NCBI RefSeq assembly: GCF_001194135.2
Contig: NC_068988.1
Span: 59,479,121-59,543,120 of the forward strand
Length of the DNA: 64,000 bases
Reading direction: 5' to 3'
Source: Octopus bimaculoides
Taxonomy: Eukaryota
Under the pieces are notes generated by a model, which made no database searches, was not told the origin of the DNA, and saw only the letters and a program-made list of their open reading frames with translations. Of the stretch, positions 26,745 through 40,230 are shown in pieces (within the stretch, counting starts at the first letter, position 1; each line of letters begins with the position of its first letter). The translations under genes and the position numbers were made by a program.

Positions 26745-26790
26745 AACACAACGTTTCGGCTGATATACCATCCAACCTTCGTCAGGTGTC
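26745..26790 (-). ncRNA. Minimal type I hammerhead ribozyme in the Penelope pLTR
   Basis: Minus strand GACAC CUGACGA A GGUUGG-AUGGUAUA-UCAGCC GAAAC GUU GUGUU: stem I GACAC/GUGUU, CUGANGA core, stem II, GAAA, palindromic ACGU stem III. This matches the minimal hammerheads known from PLEs. Confidence 0.8.
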
Positions 26791-26875
26791 TTGGGGAAAT
26801 TTTGAACCTGGGTTCTCATTCCTAACGATGTTACTATTATTATATTATCATTATTATTACTATTATTAATCAGGT

Positions 26876-26936
26876 CGCTGAATCGGAATCTTGGTGTTAG
26901 TAGCCCGCGCTCTTAACCACTACGCCATATGCCCGT
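26876..26936 (-). other. tRNA-like cassette within the Penelope 3' region (not a functional tRNA gene)
   Basis: Minus strand gggcataTGGCGTAGTGGttaagagcgcgggCTACTAAcacca: A-box and anticodon-arm-like segment. The B-box is deleted here but present (GTTCGATTCC) in the copy at 55830-55839. Confidence 0.65.
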
Positions 26937-26963
26937 GGGCAATTATGGAGTGAATTTTAGGGC

Positions 26964-27954
26964 TTATAAATCTATTATTTTTTTATCCTTCCGCAATACC
27001 GGTTCCCATATGCTATCCATATCTGCAATCGGTCTGCTTAGGAGGTTGTTGTGTCCTAGCATATGTGCTCCTTCTTTTAGTTTTCGTATTTCCCAGTGTT
27101 GTTCTCTGTCTATTATTTTAACTTCATCCCACAGGGGGAGGTGGTCTCCATTTTGCCATACACGATCAGCTATCAATATCTCTTCGTGTCACAGGTTTGC
27201 GATGTTCTTCTACCCTTATTTTGAGGGGGCGACATGTTTCGCCCTTGTATAACCTACCACAGCTGCATGGGATGGAGTACACGCAGTTTTTGGTCATATT
27301 CTCTTCTGTTGGTGGTTTTACCCGAAGGAGATATTTGCGAAGTGTTGTATTGCTCTTGAATACTGCCCTGATGTCATATAGGCCACATATCTTTTGTATC
27401 TTTTCGGAGAGGCCTTTCACATAGGGTAGATAGACTGTAGACAGTTTATTTGTTTCATCCTCTCTTTTCTTCATAATTGGAGTAGATAGTATGTTCTTGG
27501 GACAGTTGTTTCTTAATAGATTGTTTCTGAGCTTGATCATTTCTTCGTGGTGGGTATCACGATCGCTACTTATATTCTTTGCTCGATGTTTTAAGCACTG
27601 AGCAATTCCTCTCTTTACATTGTTTAGATGGTGGGAATTGAAGTTAAGGTATCGTCCAGTGAAGGTTGGCTTGCGATATACGGAATATCCTGAATCCATA
27701 CTCGGTGCGTGTTATTAATACGTCCAGGAATGCCAGCTGATTGTTCTGTTCCTTTTCCATGGATTTATTGAGTTCACATGATCTAACAGCATTTGGACAT
27801 GTTGCTGGTGGGGCCAGAGAATAAAGGTGTCATCAACGTATCGCAGCCATAGGGTTGGTTTTAGTGGTGTTGATCCTAAAGCCAAATTCTCGAAGTATTC
27901 CATGTATATATTGGCTATTATCGGTGATAATGGCGAACCCATAGCTAAACCATC
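26964..27954 (-). pseudogene. Penelope RT/GIY-YIG endonuclease ORF, frameshifted (pieces 27715-27942, 27166-27699, 26964-27176)
   Basis: Three consecutive ORF-track segments join into one PLE polyprotein C-terminal half, with a small deletion and frameshifts. Confidence 0.93.
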
Positions 27955-28352
27955 TTAATGTCGATATATATCACTGTCCATACTGAAGTAGGTAGTTTCT
28001 ACACAGAAAGAAATTTAAAAAGAGCGTGGAAATGTTTAAAAGAAAATAGAGTTGAAATTGCACGATTATGCAGTAAACAAGTTTAAGGAAAATATAAAAA
28101 AATATTGATAAAAAAATATAATCCAGGTAAATGATATGGAAAGGATTTAAATCTAAATCTGAATGGATTAAGTAATTTTCCGATACTGGAATCAAAACAG
28201 TATAATGGATACATTTCAGATGAAATATCGAAGACTTGAAACAACTTTTTGGCAACATATTTTGCACTAAGTGAGATGCAGCAAAAATTGAGGGTCTCCA
28301 AAGGGATTCAAGTATTTAGAGAATACATGTATGTGCGTGTGTGTTTGCTTGT

Positions 28353-28401
<49 letters not shown>

Positions 28402-29202
28402 AGTGTGTATGAGTGTGTATATGTGTGTGATTGTGTGCGTGTGCGTATGTACTTGAGAATTGCAATGAAAACCATTGTGTGTGTTTTCATTATATTTAGC
28501 CATATGATGTCAGTTGGCATTGGTACATAGTTCTACGAACCTAATTCTACGAAATATAGATCAGAAAATTCTGCTATTGAGTATATTGTCTTTTATTATT
28601 ATTATTTTTGTTAGTCATTTTGTCGAAAATTAGTTAGTAGTGTTCGATAGTATTGCATCAATTTGGATTTCTAAATGTATATAGGGTTTTGTGAATATCT
28701 TTTATAACTATGTATAAGTAGCTTCCTTCAATTTAGCAAGTCAAATTAATTTGTGAACAATACAACACGTGTTTACTCTTATATTATGCATTGGAACGAC
28801 ATAAGGTAACGTTCCTTGATTATTATCTGAACTGCTAATATTCCAGATTGTTATAGTTCTTTTATAATTCTTCAGTTTATAGCAGAATCTAATTCATTTT
28901 CAGAGAGATTGCGTCACCATTTTGCAGTACCTGCTAAAAGCTGATAAGTTTCTCTGAACCAGATATAATTACTTATTGCTAAGGTAATGCAGGCTGAAAG
29001 CAGGTGATGGAAGAATCCGAAATTATAGCGCGTCCATTATTTTCTGTAGCAAGTTGACAGTAGGTAGTATAGATATTTTGTTGAGGAAAAATTCATATAA
29101 AATGTCGATTAACTTATATATTTAATATGAGAATATTTATATTCCATATATCTTATATTAATAAAAAATTTGTAATACTAGATATTGTGTCATGGAAAGG
29201 TA

Positions 29203-29576
29203 TTGTTGTTGGCACTCCGTCGCTTACGACGAAGAGGGTTCCAGTTGATCCGATCAACGGAACAGCTTCCTCGTGAAATTAACATGCAAGTGGTTCAGCA
29301 CTCCAGAGACACGTGTACCCTTAACGTAGTTCTCCGGATATTCAGCGTGACATAGTGGGACAAGGCTGGCCCTTTGAATTACAGGCACAACAGAAACAGG
29401 AAGTAAGAGTGAGAGAAAGTTGTGGAGAAAGAGTACAGCAGGGTTCACCACCATCCCCTGTCGGATCCTCGTGGAGCTTTAGGTGTTTTCGCTCAATAAA
29501 CACTCAAAACGCCCGGTCTAGGAATCGAAACCGCGATCCTGTCCGCTGCCCTAACCACTGGGCCATTGCGCCTCCA
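29203..29576 (-). mobile_element. tRNA-headed SINE family B with RTE-like 3' tail
   Basis: Minus strand tggaggcgcaatggcccagtggttagggcagcggac..ggtttcgattcc head; tail ggatcaactggaaccctcttcgtcgtaagcgacggagtgccaacaacaa. Second copy at 49078-49400. Confidence 0.85.
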
Positions 29577-30020
29577 CTATGGAAGGGTATTACGCCAATA
29601 ATAACACACGCACTCTTTCAATGTCACTTCATTTTTGTTAGTCATTTGGTTCAATATCTAACCAACTAACTAATCGATCAGTTGTATAATGTAGTGATTA
29701 CACATTAGCTTATTTGCTTGTGAGTCAAATTTATTTCATCGTTGTTCGCAACTCCATTGTTCGCGACTTCATTACTGTTCTCGTCATTCTCATAGACTAC
29801 TCTCTCTTCCCAATGTGTGCAATGAATCTGTTCGAAAATTTATCTTATGCTTTTGTTTATACATTCTTGTGTGTTTGTATATAGATGTGTGTTTACTTAG
29901 AAGAAATAAGGGTGAGAGTAAATGAAGTGCGTGTGTGAGTCTGTGCGTGTGCATGAGTTTGTATCTGAGCACGCTTGATTACGTGAATGATTGTGTATGT
30001 TCACCCACGTTACTACTTGT

Positions 30021-30073
<53 letters not shown>

Positions 30074-30559
30074 TGTGTGCGTGTGTGCGTGTGTGCGCGC
30101 ATGGGCCATTCATGTCCAGTTTAAGGCTAGGGCTTTTTTGAAAGACAGCTCATGTTCAGATCTACTGGGTTTTTCATGTCATCTGGTAAAAATTTATGGA
30201 TGTATGGTGCATGTTCGTATGTGCGTATGTGTGAATGAGTGTTTACTTACGTGCGCATGCATGCGTATCTTCGTGAGTGTGGGTGTGAACTTTTTAATAG
30301 GTAGACATCTGTGTGTACGCTTACATGTGTGCATTCTTGTGCTTGTGTATGTGTTCTTCCGTATCTATGTATTCCCGCTTGTGTGCGTAGATGTGTGCAT
30401 GCACGTATACGTGTATATGTGTGTGGACATGTATTTACGAGTGTGTGTGTGTGTGCAATCCCCAAATGAACACTCTATATCTTTAATACTATAGCGCAGG
30501 TAGGTACCTGATATGGTTATTCTAGGTAGCACAACCCCATAATGTCTTACCCAGGACGC

Positions 30560-31110
30560 CGAGAGGGACGATGGAGAGCATGCAACACATAGCTAACTTC
30601 ACTCACCAGAGTATTAAGGTTACAATAGACTGTATAATATAGTGATAACGGAAAAAGATTTTGGTCTTTTCTTCTTTGAGGATATGGCAGAAAACGTAAT
30701 AATCCTCAAAGCAGATGGAGTTGGAACATGCTTGTGTATTTAAAAAGGAAAAAAAAAAAGTTGTGCCTTCTGCATTTGAGAACTCCCCAAACTTATGGTG
30801 GCTGAAAGATTGGTATATTCCCCGCTAAAGTTCGCTGGAAAATGGGACTCTTAAGGAAAAATTTTGGGAGGACAATTTCCAGTAACTCTAAATGCAGTTG
30901 GCTTTCACCATCAAGTGACATATCGTTCCGGACGTTTCTTGTAGATATATCTGAAAGACAGAGTAAACCGTAAAAACTTCGGACCATCCATCTAAGGTCA
31001 ATACCCATGATGACCTTAAAGGACTAAGCCAAGAAACATTACGAATTGTGACTGAAATCGCTTTGGAATGATCCCGCCATTGTCAACAGCAAAATGATTG
31101 TCATTTGTGC
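30560..31110 (+). pseudogene. Decayed IS630-Tc1-mariner transposase C-terminal region (Tc1/maT-like)
   Basis: QxDGxxTC, WLSPSSD.. (a WPPxSPD-like remnant), YLKDRV and a terminal CQQQNDCHLCDVIF typical of ITm transposase ends. Confidence 0.55.
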
Positions 31111-33763
31111 GACGTAATTTTCGTCTTTATAATTTATAACAGAAAATGTGAATTTTTAATAATTAAAAATGCTATTACATGTTTAAATGGCCTAGAGCCA
31201 CACTGTATAAATCACAACATATGGACATCGTCTTCAGAGCGCATCTGCTATAGACGTATAAAGGAATTAATCTCGAAAATGTGCGAATAGTTGAAAATGT
31301 TCCGGTAGCGGCGGTGGAATTTCTAAATGTAGATTTTCGTGTCTTTGGACGTAAGCCGTATTAAAAATTCTTGAGCACTGCTAGGCTTACATAAATTCAG
31401 TTCTACTATTATACCAAAACAAATAATGAATTATTGGTGTTGCTGTACGCCTTTCCTCAGATACGGAAACAATTCTGTAGCTTTTATTACTTTACATCGT
31501 ACATCTATAAGAGATGGTTTGTTAAAATAGATACCATAGTTTTGTTGCTTTCTTTAGTGTATCAACGTTAAGCACCATATACCGAACATTATTCTAAAAT
31601 TTCTGTTTCTCTCACTTCAAGAAGAATTACATAGTATATGCAGGTACGCAACCCACACTTGTCAACTCGCAAGCGTGTACGTGACAAAAACAAAATGGCT
31701 GGTTTTATACAGTTGGCATGCAAAGAAAATGCCTATATATATANNNNNNNNNNNNNNNNNNNNNNNNNNNNNNNNNNNNNNNNNNNNNNNNNNNNNNNNN
31801 NNNNNNNNNNNNNNNNNNNNNNNNNNNNNNNNNNNNNNNNNNNNNNNNNNNNNNNNNNNNNNNNNNNNNNNNNNNNNNNNNNNNNNNNNNNNNNNNNNNN
31901 NNNNNNNNNNNNNNNNNNNNNNNNNATATATATATATATAGGCAACATAATAATAATTATAACCAGTAAAACATCAAGATAAAATATGTGGAAAACAACG
32001 AGAATGATATGTGTATGTATTCGTCTCTTTATGTGTGTAAAGACAGGAAAAATTTATATGCGTCTATATGCGTATAAAAGTAAAAGAGGACATGTAAAGA
32101 AACAATATTTGCGAGTCATATTTATACATATTTATTTGCCAAGAAATCTAATTAGAATAAAATGAAATAATATTTGATATTCAGATTAGATGATAGAAGT
32201 TCAATTCTAAGTAAGAAAGAAAATTATAATTAATGTCAATTAAGAATACAGAGTTCTATTAAATCAATAAATTGTTAAGAAATCAAATAAAAGCTAAAAT
32301 AAAGAATAAAATGAATAAATAAACATAAATAAGGAAAGACACGGTGTGTAATTTTTGCTCCCGAGAATTTTAATATTCATCATTCCAACTGTTTTCTGGT
32401 ACTGTTACTGTCATACTATTATATTCAACTTGAAATTTATTCATATATATGTTTTCCATTGAAGACTTTTGAAACATTCATTGAATTCATGTCTAAAGTG
32501 AATAAGAATATGGTTGTATTAATAAAATGTGTATATTTCTACTATTTAACATTTATTAATGTACCAAGTATTCAATTAACCTTCATATTGGTAAAACCTT
32601 CTCGAATATAGCACGCGTAGGACACATTAAAGTGTCACTTCTAACACCTAGATATCTGACAGAGGAACGAGGTTCATTTCATTTGTTTTGCCCTCTCCCA
32701 CTGCATAGCACATTGGGCAAGTGCCTTCTACTATGGCTAGCTGGAAACGATGTTTCATGGGACGAAATAACAGTAACATTCGTCCCACCTGGGAATGCCA
32801 TATTATGTTGGCAAAAAGTCATTGCTTCATGGTGCTGTTACTGTATATCTCTCTTTGGGAGATTTAGAAATAATAATATTTCTAATATATATATATAATC
32901 TTGGTGACCTGGTAATTCGTTACATATCATCGGGTTGGATGTTATCAATGAACACAGAGTAGAAACGAAATAGGTGAATCAACTGTATAAAACTTTGTAG
33001 TATGAGAGGTAGTCAGACATATGCGAGTTGGAATAGATCGATAGATACTTCAATTAACGTATATGGATAAGAATACAAATTTTAATACATGTATCCATAT
33101 ACATTATACAGAATATTCACACATAAAGAAATGAAATACACAAATACACATATATACATAAACTCTAAACCCTACAAACGTGATAAACGTTACAGACAAT
33201 AACATTATAACTATTGCCCTTCAAGGATGGTTTTGTTCGTAATATTACGGGAAAGGAATTTTTATTTATAATACAAAAGTATTACTTCTAAAATCTGTTT
33301 TGATAAAATCAATATTTATAATTTAAGGTTGTGTAATATCTAATGTTTTAAGTGTGGTATCATTACGATCTGTTTTGTGTGCGTCGTCATTTATAAAACC
33401 TAAATGTTACATATCTAACAAAATTTTAAAAACATTTCAAAACATTGTGTCGATTCTGACGTCAGATTATAATTATAATAAAAATGTAAAGCTCTCTATA
33501 TATAATTAAATCATTGTATTGAGCAAAACCTCATTAGAGGATTAGCACAAGACATGCCACTAGGTTATTAGATGGTATGTTTCCAAATTCTTTGAACAGA
33601 CCAACTGCAAAAACTGGGATAAGCCAGCGACAGTCGGTAATACGTTATATTAGTTGGTAATGGATAATGTTGATAAACCAGTACTTTATTGGATATTTTT
33701 ATCCCTTAATGAGGCCATTTTAACCTGTCTGTCTGTCTCTCTGTCTCTCTCTGTCTCTCTCTG

Positions 33764-33796
<33 letters not shown>

Positions 33797-34249
33797 TTCT
33801 CTCTCTCTGTCTCTCTCTGTCTCTCTNNNNNNNNNNTCTCTCTGTCTCTCTCTCTCTCTCTCGATATATATATATATATATATATACATATATATTATAC
33901 AGAATTGTATGTATATATGTGCATGCTAATACAAGACCCACATTAGACTCGTCACTCGTATCATTATAGAACCAAGATTTTAACTACGGTCTGTCCCTAG
34001 CAATTACTTAGCGTTACCTGACACATTTTGGGTCTTCTAGATTGCAATACTTCTTTTGAAGTTCACGGCTAGCTCACGCTGCGGAAGCAACCATAAGCTG
34101 CCATGTGTTGGTGCAGTACAGAACTAGTTCCGGAACTCTTTTTGCCAACCGGTATATGCAGATTATTTAGCAAATATGCATGCGTATTTAAATGCACGTG
34201 CATATTTCTTTGATAGTAATTCTCTCTACTATTGCCACATGGCCAGGTA

Positions 34250-34810
34250 TTTTAAAGGATGGGTTGGGTCGATTACATTAGCCCCAGTATTTATTTCCTT
34301 GACTCAGAAAGGAAGAATTGCGCAGTCCAGCTCGGCCAAATTTGAGAATAAAGATCGACGAGAAGCTCGTAAGTATTTTACCCAGTGTGCTAACGGTTCT
34401 GACAACTCCACGCTTTATAGCAAAAAGGAATATTGGTTTCAAACTTTAACCCAAGGACAACTCTTTTTAGGATGGGTTATGTTAATTACATCGAATTCAA
34501 TGCTCAACTAGTTCTTATTTTATCGACTTCGAAATAATGAAGACCAAAGTCGACCTCGCCAGAATTTGAACTCAGAACGTAAAGTCAAACCTAATACCGC
34601 TAAGCCTTTTACCCAGCATACTAAAGTTTCTGCCAATTCCCTGTCTTATGCAGTGATCTGGCAGAGTCGTAACTACATTAAGCAACATGCTTACCAGCAT
34701 TTCACTTGCCTTTACATTCTCAGGTCAAATTCCGTCGAGGCTGACATTGCCATTCATTCTTTGGGGGTCGATAAAATATTATTAGCCGTTGTAATCGACT
34801 TGACTTCTCA
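34250..34810. mobile_element. Three SINE family A copies: 34250-34410 (-), 34470-34640 (-), 34690-34810 (+)
   Basis: Diagnostic blocks; the last copy is inverted relative to the first two. Confidence 0.8.
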
Positions 34811-35283
34811 CTCAAAATCATTGGTTCTGTGTCACTATTTGAAATCAATATTTCTTTATGGAAATTCATATATAGAAAAAGTGTTTCGCATATTGTTCAT
34901 ATAAGGGGTAATGTTCCTTTCATTATGATTATATTTACTTTTATCTCTCTATATGTGTACATGTGTGAGTGTTTGTGCATGTGCGTGCACTCAGAGAGGC
35001 ATTCTGTCTCATGCATAACAGTATTTACACGCCCGTTTATGTAGTAATCTAGTCGTCTACATATGATAGACCAGTATTTAAATAAAAATACATTACATAC
35101 ATGCATCTATATGCAGAAGAATTCGGCAGTTAATACGCATATTTGCTGAGTGCACATGCATGTAGAATCATGGTTATATGTGTATTTTCTTTGTTAGTTA
35201 TATGTGTGTGTGTGAGTGTCCGTGTTTGTGTGTATGTATAAATCTATCCATCCATCCATCCATCCATCCATCCATCCATCTAT

Positions 35284-35373
<90 letters not shown>

Positions 35374-37619
35374 NNNNNNNNNNNNNNNNNNNNNNNNNNN
35401 NNNNNNNNNNNNNNNNNNNNNNNNNNNNNNNNNNNNNNNNNNNNNNNNNNNNNNNNNNNNNNNNNNNNNNNNNNNNNNNNNNNNNNNNNNNNNNNNNNNN
35501 NNNNNNNNATATATAGATAGATATATCCCCAACCCCTAACTCTCTCACGTTATATATATATATATATACATATATATATGCTTAGATGCATCTATAAAAT
35601 GCATGTGTCTATATGCATTGTGTGATTTAAGCGAGTATCCATGTATCATTTTTCTTAATTTCAATAACCAAAGAATATTTATATACATTCCACCTTAGAA
35701 TAAAAAAGACATTTTAAAATTAATGTGTTGGGATATGAATACATGCTTGAGAGCGATATGCGAACGCTCACCACGAATTTGACCAGCACAATTCTCATAC
35801 AAGAATAAAAATGTAAACCCTTACACCTTCTTTCAAAGATTTGTTGTAAAAAAGTACGTAGCAAAGAATATAAACCTAGTCTAAATATATCTCACGGACG
35901 CAACTGAAAGCCACATAGCTTGAAAAATAGTGACGCATATACACAGGCATAGCAATGATTTCTTTCCCTTACTTTTATAAGCTCTCCCATCAGTACCTCA
36001 ACATATCATCTACTTCGTTTTCCTCGTCTTCTTCATCTACTTTTCACTATTTTGTTATTCTTTTCTCTCTCTGACTTACTTTTATGCTACAATCTATTGT
36101 TTTATTCAAACTCTGTTATATTTGTTATACCTGATCAAATTATCCCTTCATATACGACTGAATAAGCTGCAACAATGCATTATGGAACAATACCAATAAT
36201 ATGCTTACTGGATCATCTGATCCAGAATTGTATATAACCAACTTAGATAAGAAAGAACTCTTTTGGTGTGCCCATGGATCTGACTCAGTATCTAGAAGTA
36301 AATATCAACCTCACACAATACGTAGATATTACTTTGTGTTTGTGTTTGTTAGTGTGTGTGTTTTTGTGTGTGTGTGTTTGTTTGTGTGTGTGTTTGTTTG
36401 TGTGTGTGTGTGTGTGCGTGCGTGCGTGCGTGTGTACTTGTACTAAATGATATTTTTATAGCTATAAGGGATTTATAAATTATGTGAAGCTAAAGTTTAC
36501 TACTTTGATAATTAACTAGATCACATTACGCTTGCAACATACGTTTTGATCAGAAATTAACGAAATAATTTATGATGACTTTTAACAATTTTATATCGGA
36601 TATAGGAAAATAGTCGATAAATCAAAGAATTAATTTGACGGTTCTACATTTATTAATCAGCTATTATAGTCACAATAACCAATCACATATTATACATTGA
36701 AATTATGGTATGGTGGTTATATATACTGGGTTTTAAAGCCGTACGATATTATTTGGATATTCCATGATTTCTTTAGTCCTTTTTTATGAAACTAATATCG
36801 AACAAGGCATTTTGTGTGTGCAGAGATGATTCTATTCAATATATGTAGCGACGGAAAGTCAGCGTAATACAATATGAACGACTGATAGTTATTTCGATTG
36901 CAATATTTATGGAAGTAGTGCGACTATACAGACATATTTTCTTATTTATTCCTCACCTGCCATTAACAGTCACAAGACAAATATAGGCAATGAACAACTT
37001 AAGTAGTTATATATACATCTTCAAAGGAGCAATGAGATTTTGATAGACGCAAAAGTGTTCAAAGAGGCTGCAATTTCCTAGTAAGTAGCCTTAGAACACT
37101 GCAGTTAGAAGGGCGATAAAGAAACAATTAACAATGAAAATTAGACTGGAAATAAAGAAAAAAATAAAGTACAAGATATCGATTGTAACTATAGTCCAAC
37201 ATACTAGGATCACTTAGAATAAAACTAAGCAAAATAATTAATTACATGAGAAATGATTAAAATGCGAGGTGTGGAGGTTTTAATTCGATTTCTGATTCAC
37301 AAAGCTAAAAAGGGAGGAAAAGGACGCTAATCCTCTCACTACTTAAATTTTATAAAATAATTAATGGGCGAATTTAAGGCTGTTTTATTGAATTGGCGGT
37401 AAACCGGTTCAATAGGTCATTACGCTCGTGAATTAGATTAGATCCACAAGCTGTGAATAGTATTTGAAACATTTACTCATCAATACATTACTCTCTTTTA
37501 ACAAATTAATGGTTTTTACACAATGGAAGATGAAATGTAATGCAAACAATGAAAAGATGTGCCGTTGTTATTGTTATGTTATAGCTTTAGAATCTGACAT
37601 GCTAAATGTCGCATTATAT

Positions 37620-37930
37620 TATATGCACAAATGCCGACGGATTTCGAAGGCTTGGTTTGGAATATTTCAAATATGTCAAAGAAAATGACCGGGTAATTTC
37701 ATCCAATGGATTCAAAACAGATAATGGTACCGAAAAACCTGTGAGGGACATCGTCAAAAATCTTCAGATCTCGGTGTGAGCGCTCAGTACTGTGGTACAG
37801 ATGAACATTCCATACATGTTGTATATACTATAGAGAAGCCAGTCCATATCTGCAACGGCAAATGATAATCGCTTTGGGTCTGTGTTAAGCTAAGCGTTAA
37901 GAGAACAAAGTCATTTCACATAAATGAGCT
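37620..37930 (-). pseudogene. Possible CR1/Jockey-group RT C-terminal remnant
   Basis: FRYHYL..WMKLPGH..QAFEIR echoes the LINE end motif WNxLP..L..FK; many stops. Confidence 0.3.
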
Positions 37931-38446
37931 TAAAGCGCCCATGCTCCAATTTTTCGGACCAGAAGGATAATTCTTCACATTTCTACAACACCTGTATTTT
38001 TCTGAGATATCGTTAGTTAGTCATCAACGCATGTCGAAAATGTCAAATCATACACGCCCTGGGGGAATGAATAAGATGACAGGAGAATATCATCAAATTT
38101 ATACGAAACTGTTTGATTGAATATTCTTCTTTCTCTCTTTTTCTTTCCTTTTTTTATGTCGTCTTCCTTTTTCTATTTTTTTCTTTCTTTCTGCCTGTTA
38201 TAAAACTTAAAAACTGATGATGTCATTCCATCAACGTATGGACACTGGTTACTCTCGCTCATAGTTTACGTTTAGGTTTCTGAAATTTTGAATTTTTAAT
38301 CACCTTTTGCTTTGCACTTGAGAAAGACAGACGTACTGTCAAAATATTGTTCAACGAATAAAACATTTATACAATCGAATCGCGCTCTTCGTTTTGACTA
38401 TTTACCTTCGTGAAGAGTTACGTCAATCCTTTTAAAAATATTATTA

Positions 38447-38501
<55 letters not shown>

Positions 38502-38519
38502 CTTTATTATTATTATTTT

Positions 38520-38802
38520 ATGTTTGACTTTTGTTTTGCATTTGTACGAGTTGGATCCAAGTCTCACCCATAGACCTCAAGAGACAAGTTAGAAGTTCAT
38601 ACGGTACCATATATTTGGATTTGTACAGTTTTGTTCTAGTGAATGTTTTAGAAACCATAAGAAAATTATGTGTTTGTTTTAAAATTTGAGATCACATAGA
38701 CAGTATTTTACGTAGGATATGGGCAGTTCCCATGAGCACTATCTTTTGAACATCAGCCATTTTGGGGTTTCCTGGTATCTGAGCTAGGTAGTAATCAGCC
38801 CC
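38520..38802 (-). mobile_element. R4/Dong (restriction-like endonuclease, RLE) element 3' end, subfamily B, tailed by (AAT)n
   Basis: GADYYLAQIPGNPKMADVQKIVLMGTAHILRKILSM* (stop at 38692-38694), ~170-bp 3' UTR, then (AAT)n on the minus strand (38441-38517). Confidence 0.85.
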
Positions 38803-39090
38803 ACTGCACTACTCTGTGCAGCTCTGTGTGACTTGGATATGTACTGTGGTGCGTCATGATGCTTCTTTTTCTACCGCATTGAAAGTGTTTTAAGTAGGAT
38901 GTCTGCGGTGCATAGTAGTGCTATTTTATGTATGATATATATACGCATAAGGTTTGGCGTTTTTGTTATGTATTTGTCTGAATATTTTTGTCATACTTAA
39001 TGCGCCTATTAATTTAGGAATTGTTTCTGTTTTTAGATTCCACATTCAAGTTACCTCTATTTCCAGATCGTTATATTTTGAAATTATTGT
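38803..39090 (-). mobile_element. R4/Dong element 3' end, subfamily A, preceded by (AAT)n
   Basis: SKYNDLEIEVT*MWNLKTETIP..IGALSM and, after frameshifts, IHKIALLCTADILLKTLSMR* (stop at 38871-38873). (AAT)n lies upstream on the minus strand at 39105-39172. Confidence 0.85.
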
Positions 39091-39101
39091 TGTTGTCTTT
39101 G

Positions 39102-39173
<72 letters not shown>

Positions 39174-40079
39174 GCAAGAAAGTTCCTTGTGTGGATGAGG
39201 TAGCTTAAGTAAATATATATTTTTTTTTTTTCGTAAATTAATGCGTCTGAAGGTAAGATGTTTGAAGAATACGAATTTAAGGCGTATGAAAAGATATGAA
39301 ATTAAAGGCGGTCTTAATGCGTTTAAATTGAAATTATTTCGATTTCAAGTCGGCTCTAATTTTTACTACCTACAATTTCATATTCATTTTTTAGTTCTTG
39401 TCCGTTCTAAGATTGTATCTGCGTGAATTACTATACTAGAAAATTGAATTCTTTAATTAAACTGCCCGTCTTTTTAATGTTGTTTATTCCGTAGTTGGTA
39501 ATATTTCAATTTAATCTTCCTAATCGTGTTAATTAGTTCATCCTTAAACTTTCCTAATCCGGAGTATGCGACAGCTTTACACGTGATTTAGATACTCGTT
39601 TCATACCTCGATCATTTTCATTCTTCTTCTTAGCTGTTCAATGTCATATGCTCTCCAGCGCATTTTACAAATAAAAGCATTTTGTTCATTTAACATGAAG
39701 TTTAGCGTATATCATCTTGCCAATGGGATATACTTAAATGAAAAGCCGGAGATAAATACATTCATTTGTCATTCTCTAACAGCGCTCATGTAAAGGAGTG
39801 GAGCAAGAAGATTTGCGATGACCAACCAAATAACAACCAACATTACAAAGTATATTTTGAAAAACAGAATTTAAAAGTTAGAACATTCAGAAAAATATAT
39901 TGAATTAATCCAGATTACATTCTCAATAAATTGTAAATCCTGGGAACAATACTGATTACGTGTTCGATAGTTTTCTTTTTTACATTGTTAACTTTATATA
40001 GAGCATTAGTTAATCTACATGAAATCCTTCATTTCTCGAAAAACCCTGCTTGTACAATTTCACACGTAATTAATCAATA

Positions 40080-40230
40080 TACGAGGCGATACTCTAAAGT
40101 AACCGGAAAGATTCTCAGCATTTCAGGCTTCCGCCAGTAGAAACCACTTGATGTGACCCTCATGAATCAGTCTGCCGAGTAGCGTCGTCGGTGTAAGTCG
40201 TACGGCCAAGTGGTTCAAGTTTTTTTTCTT
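40080..40230 (+). mobile_element. Mariner terminal fragment (TIR-like end)
   Basis: TA-CGAGG..AAAGTAACCGGAA resembles a mariner TIR; no transposase follows. Confidence 0.45.

Larger units (their letters stand above)
26658..27954 (-). mobile_element. 5'-truncated Penelope-like element (RT + GIY-YIG) with 3' pseudo-LTR (pLTR)
   Basis: GLAMGSPLSPIIANIYME, WLRYVDDTF, EKEQNNQLAFLDV, SVYRKPTFTG, LPYVKGLSE, CVYSIPCSCGRLYKGET..RVEEH are canonical Penelope-like element (PLE) motifs. Confidence 0.95.

Noticed and set aside
36208-36225. Perfect 8-bp-stem hairpin CTGGATCA-tc-TGATCCAG as a Helitron 3' end
   Set aside because: No CTRR at the expected distance and no other Helitron features.
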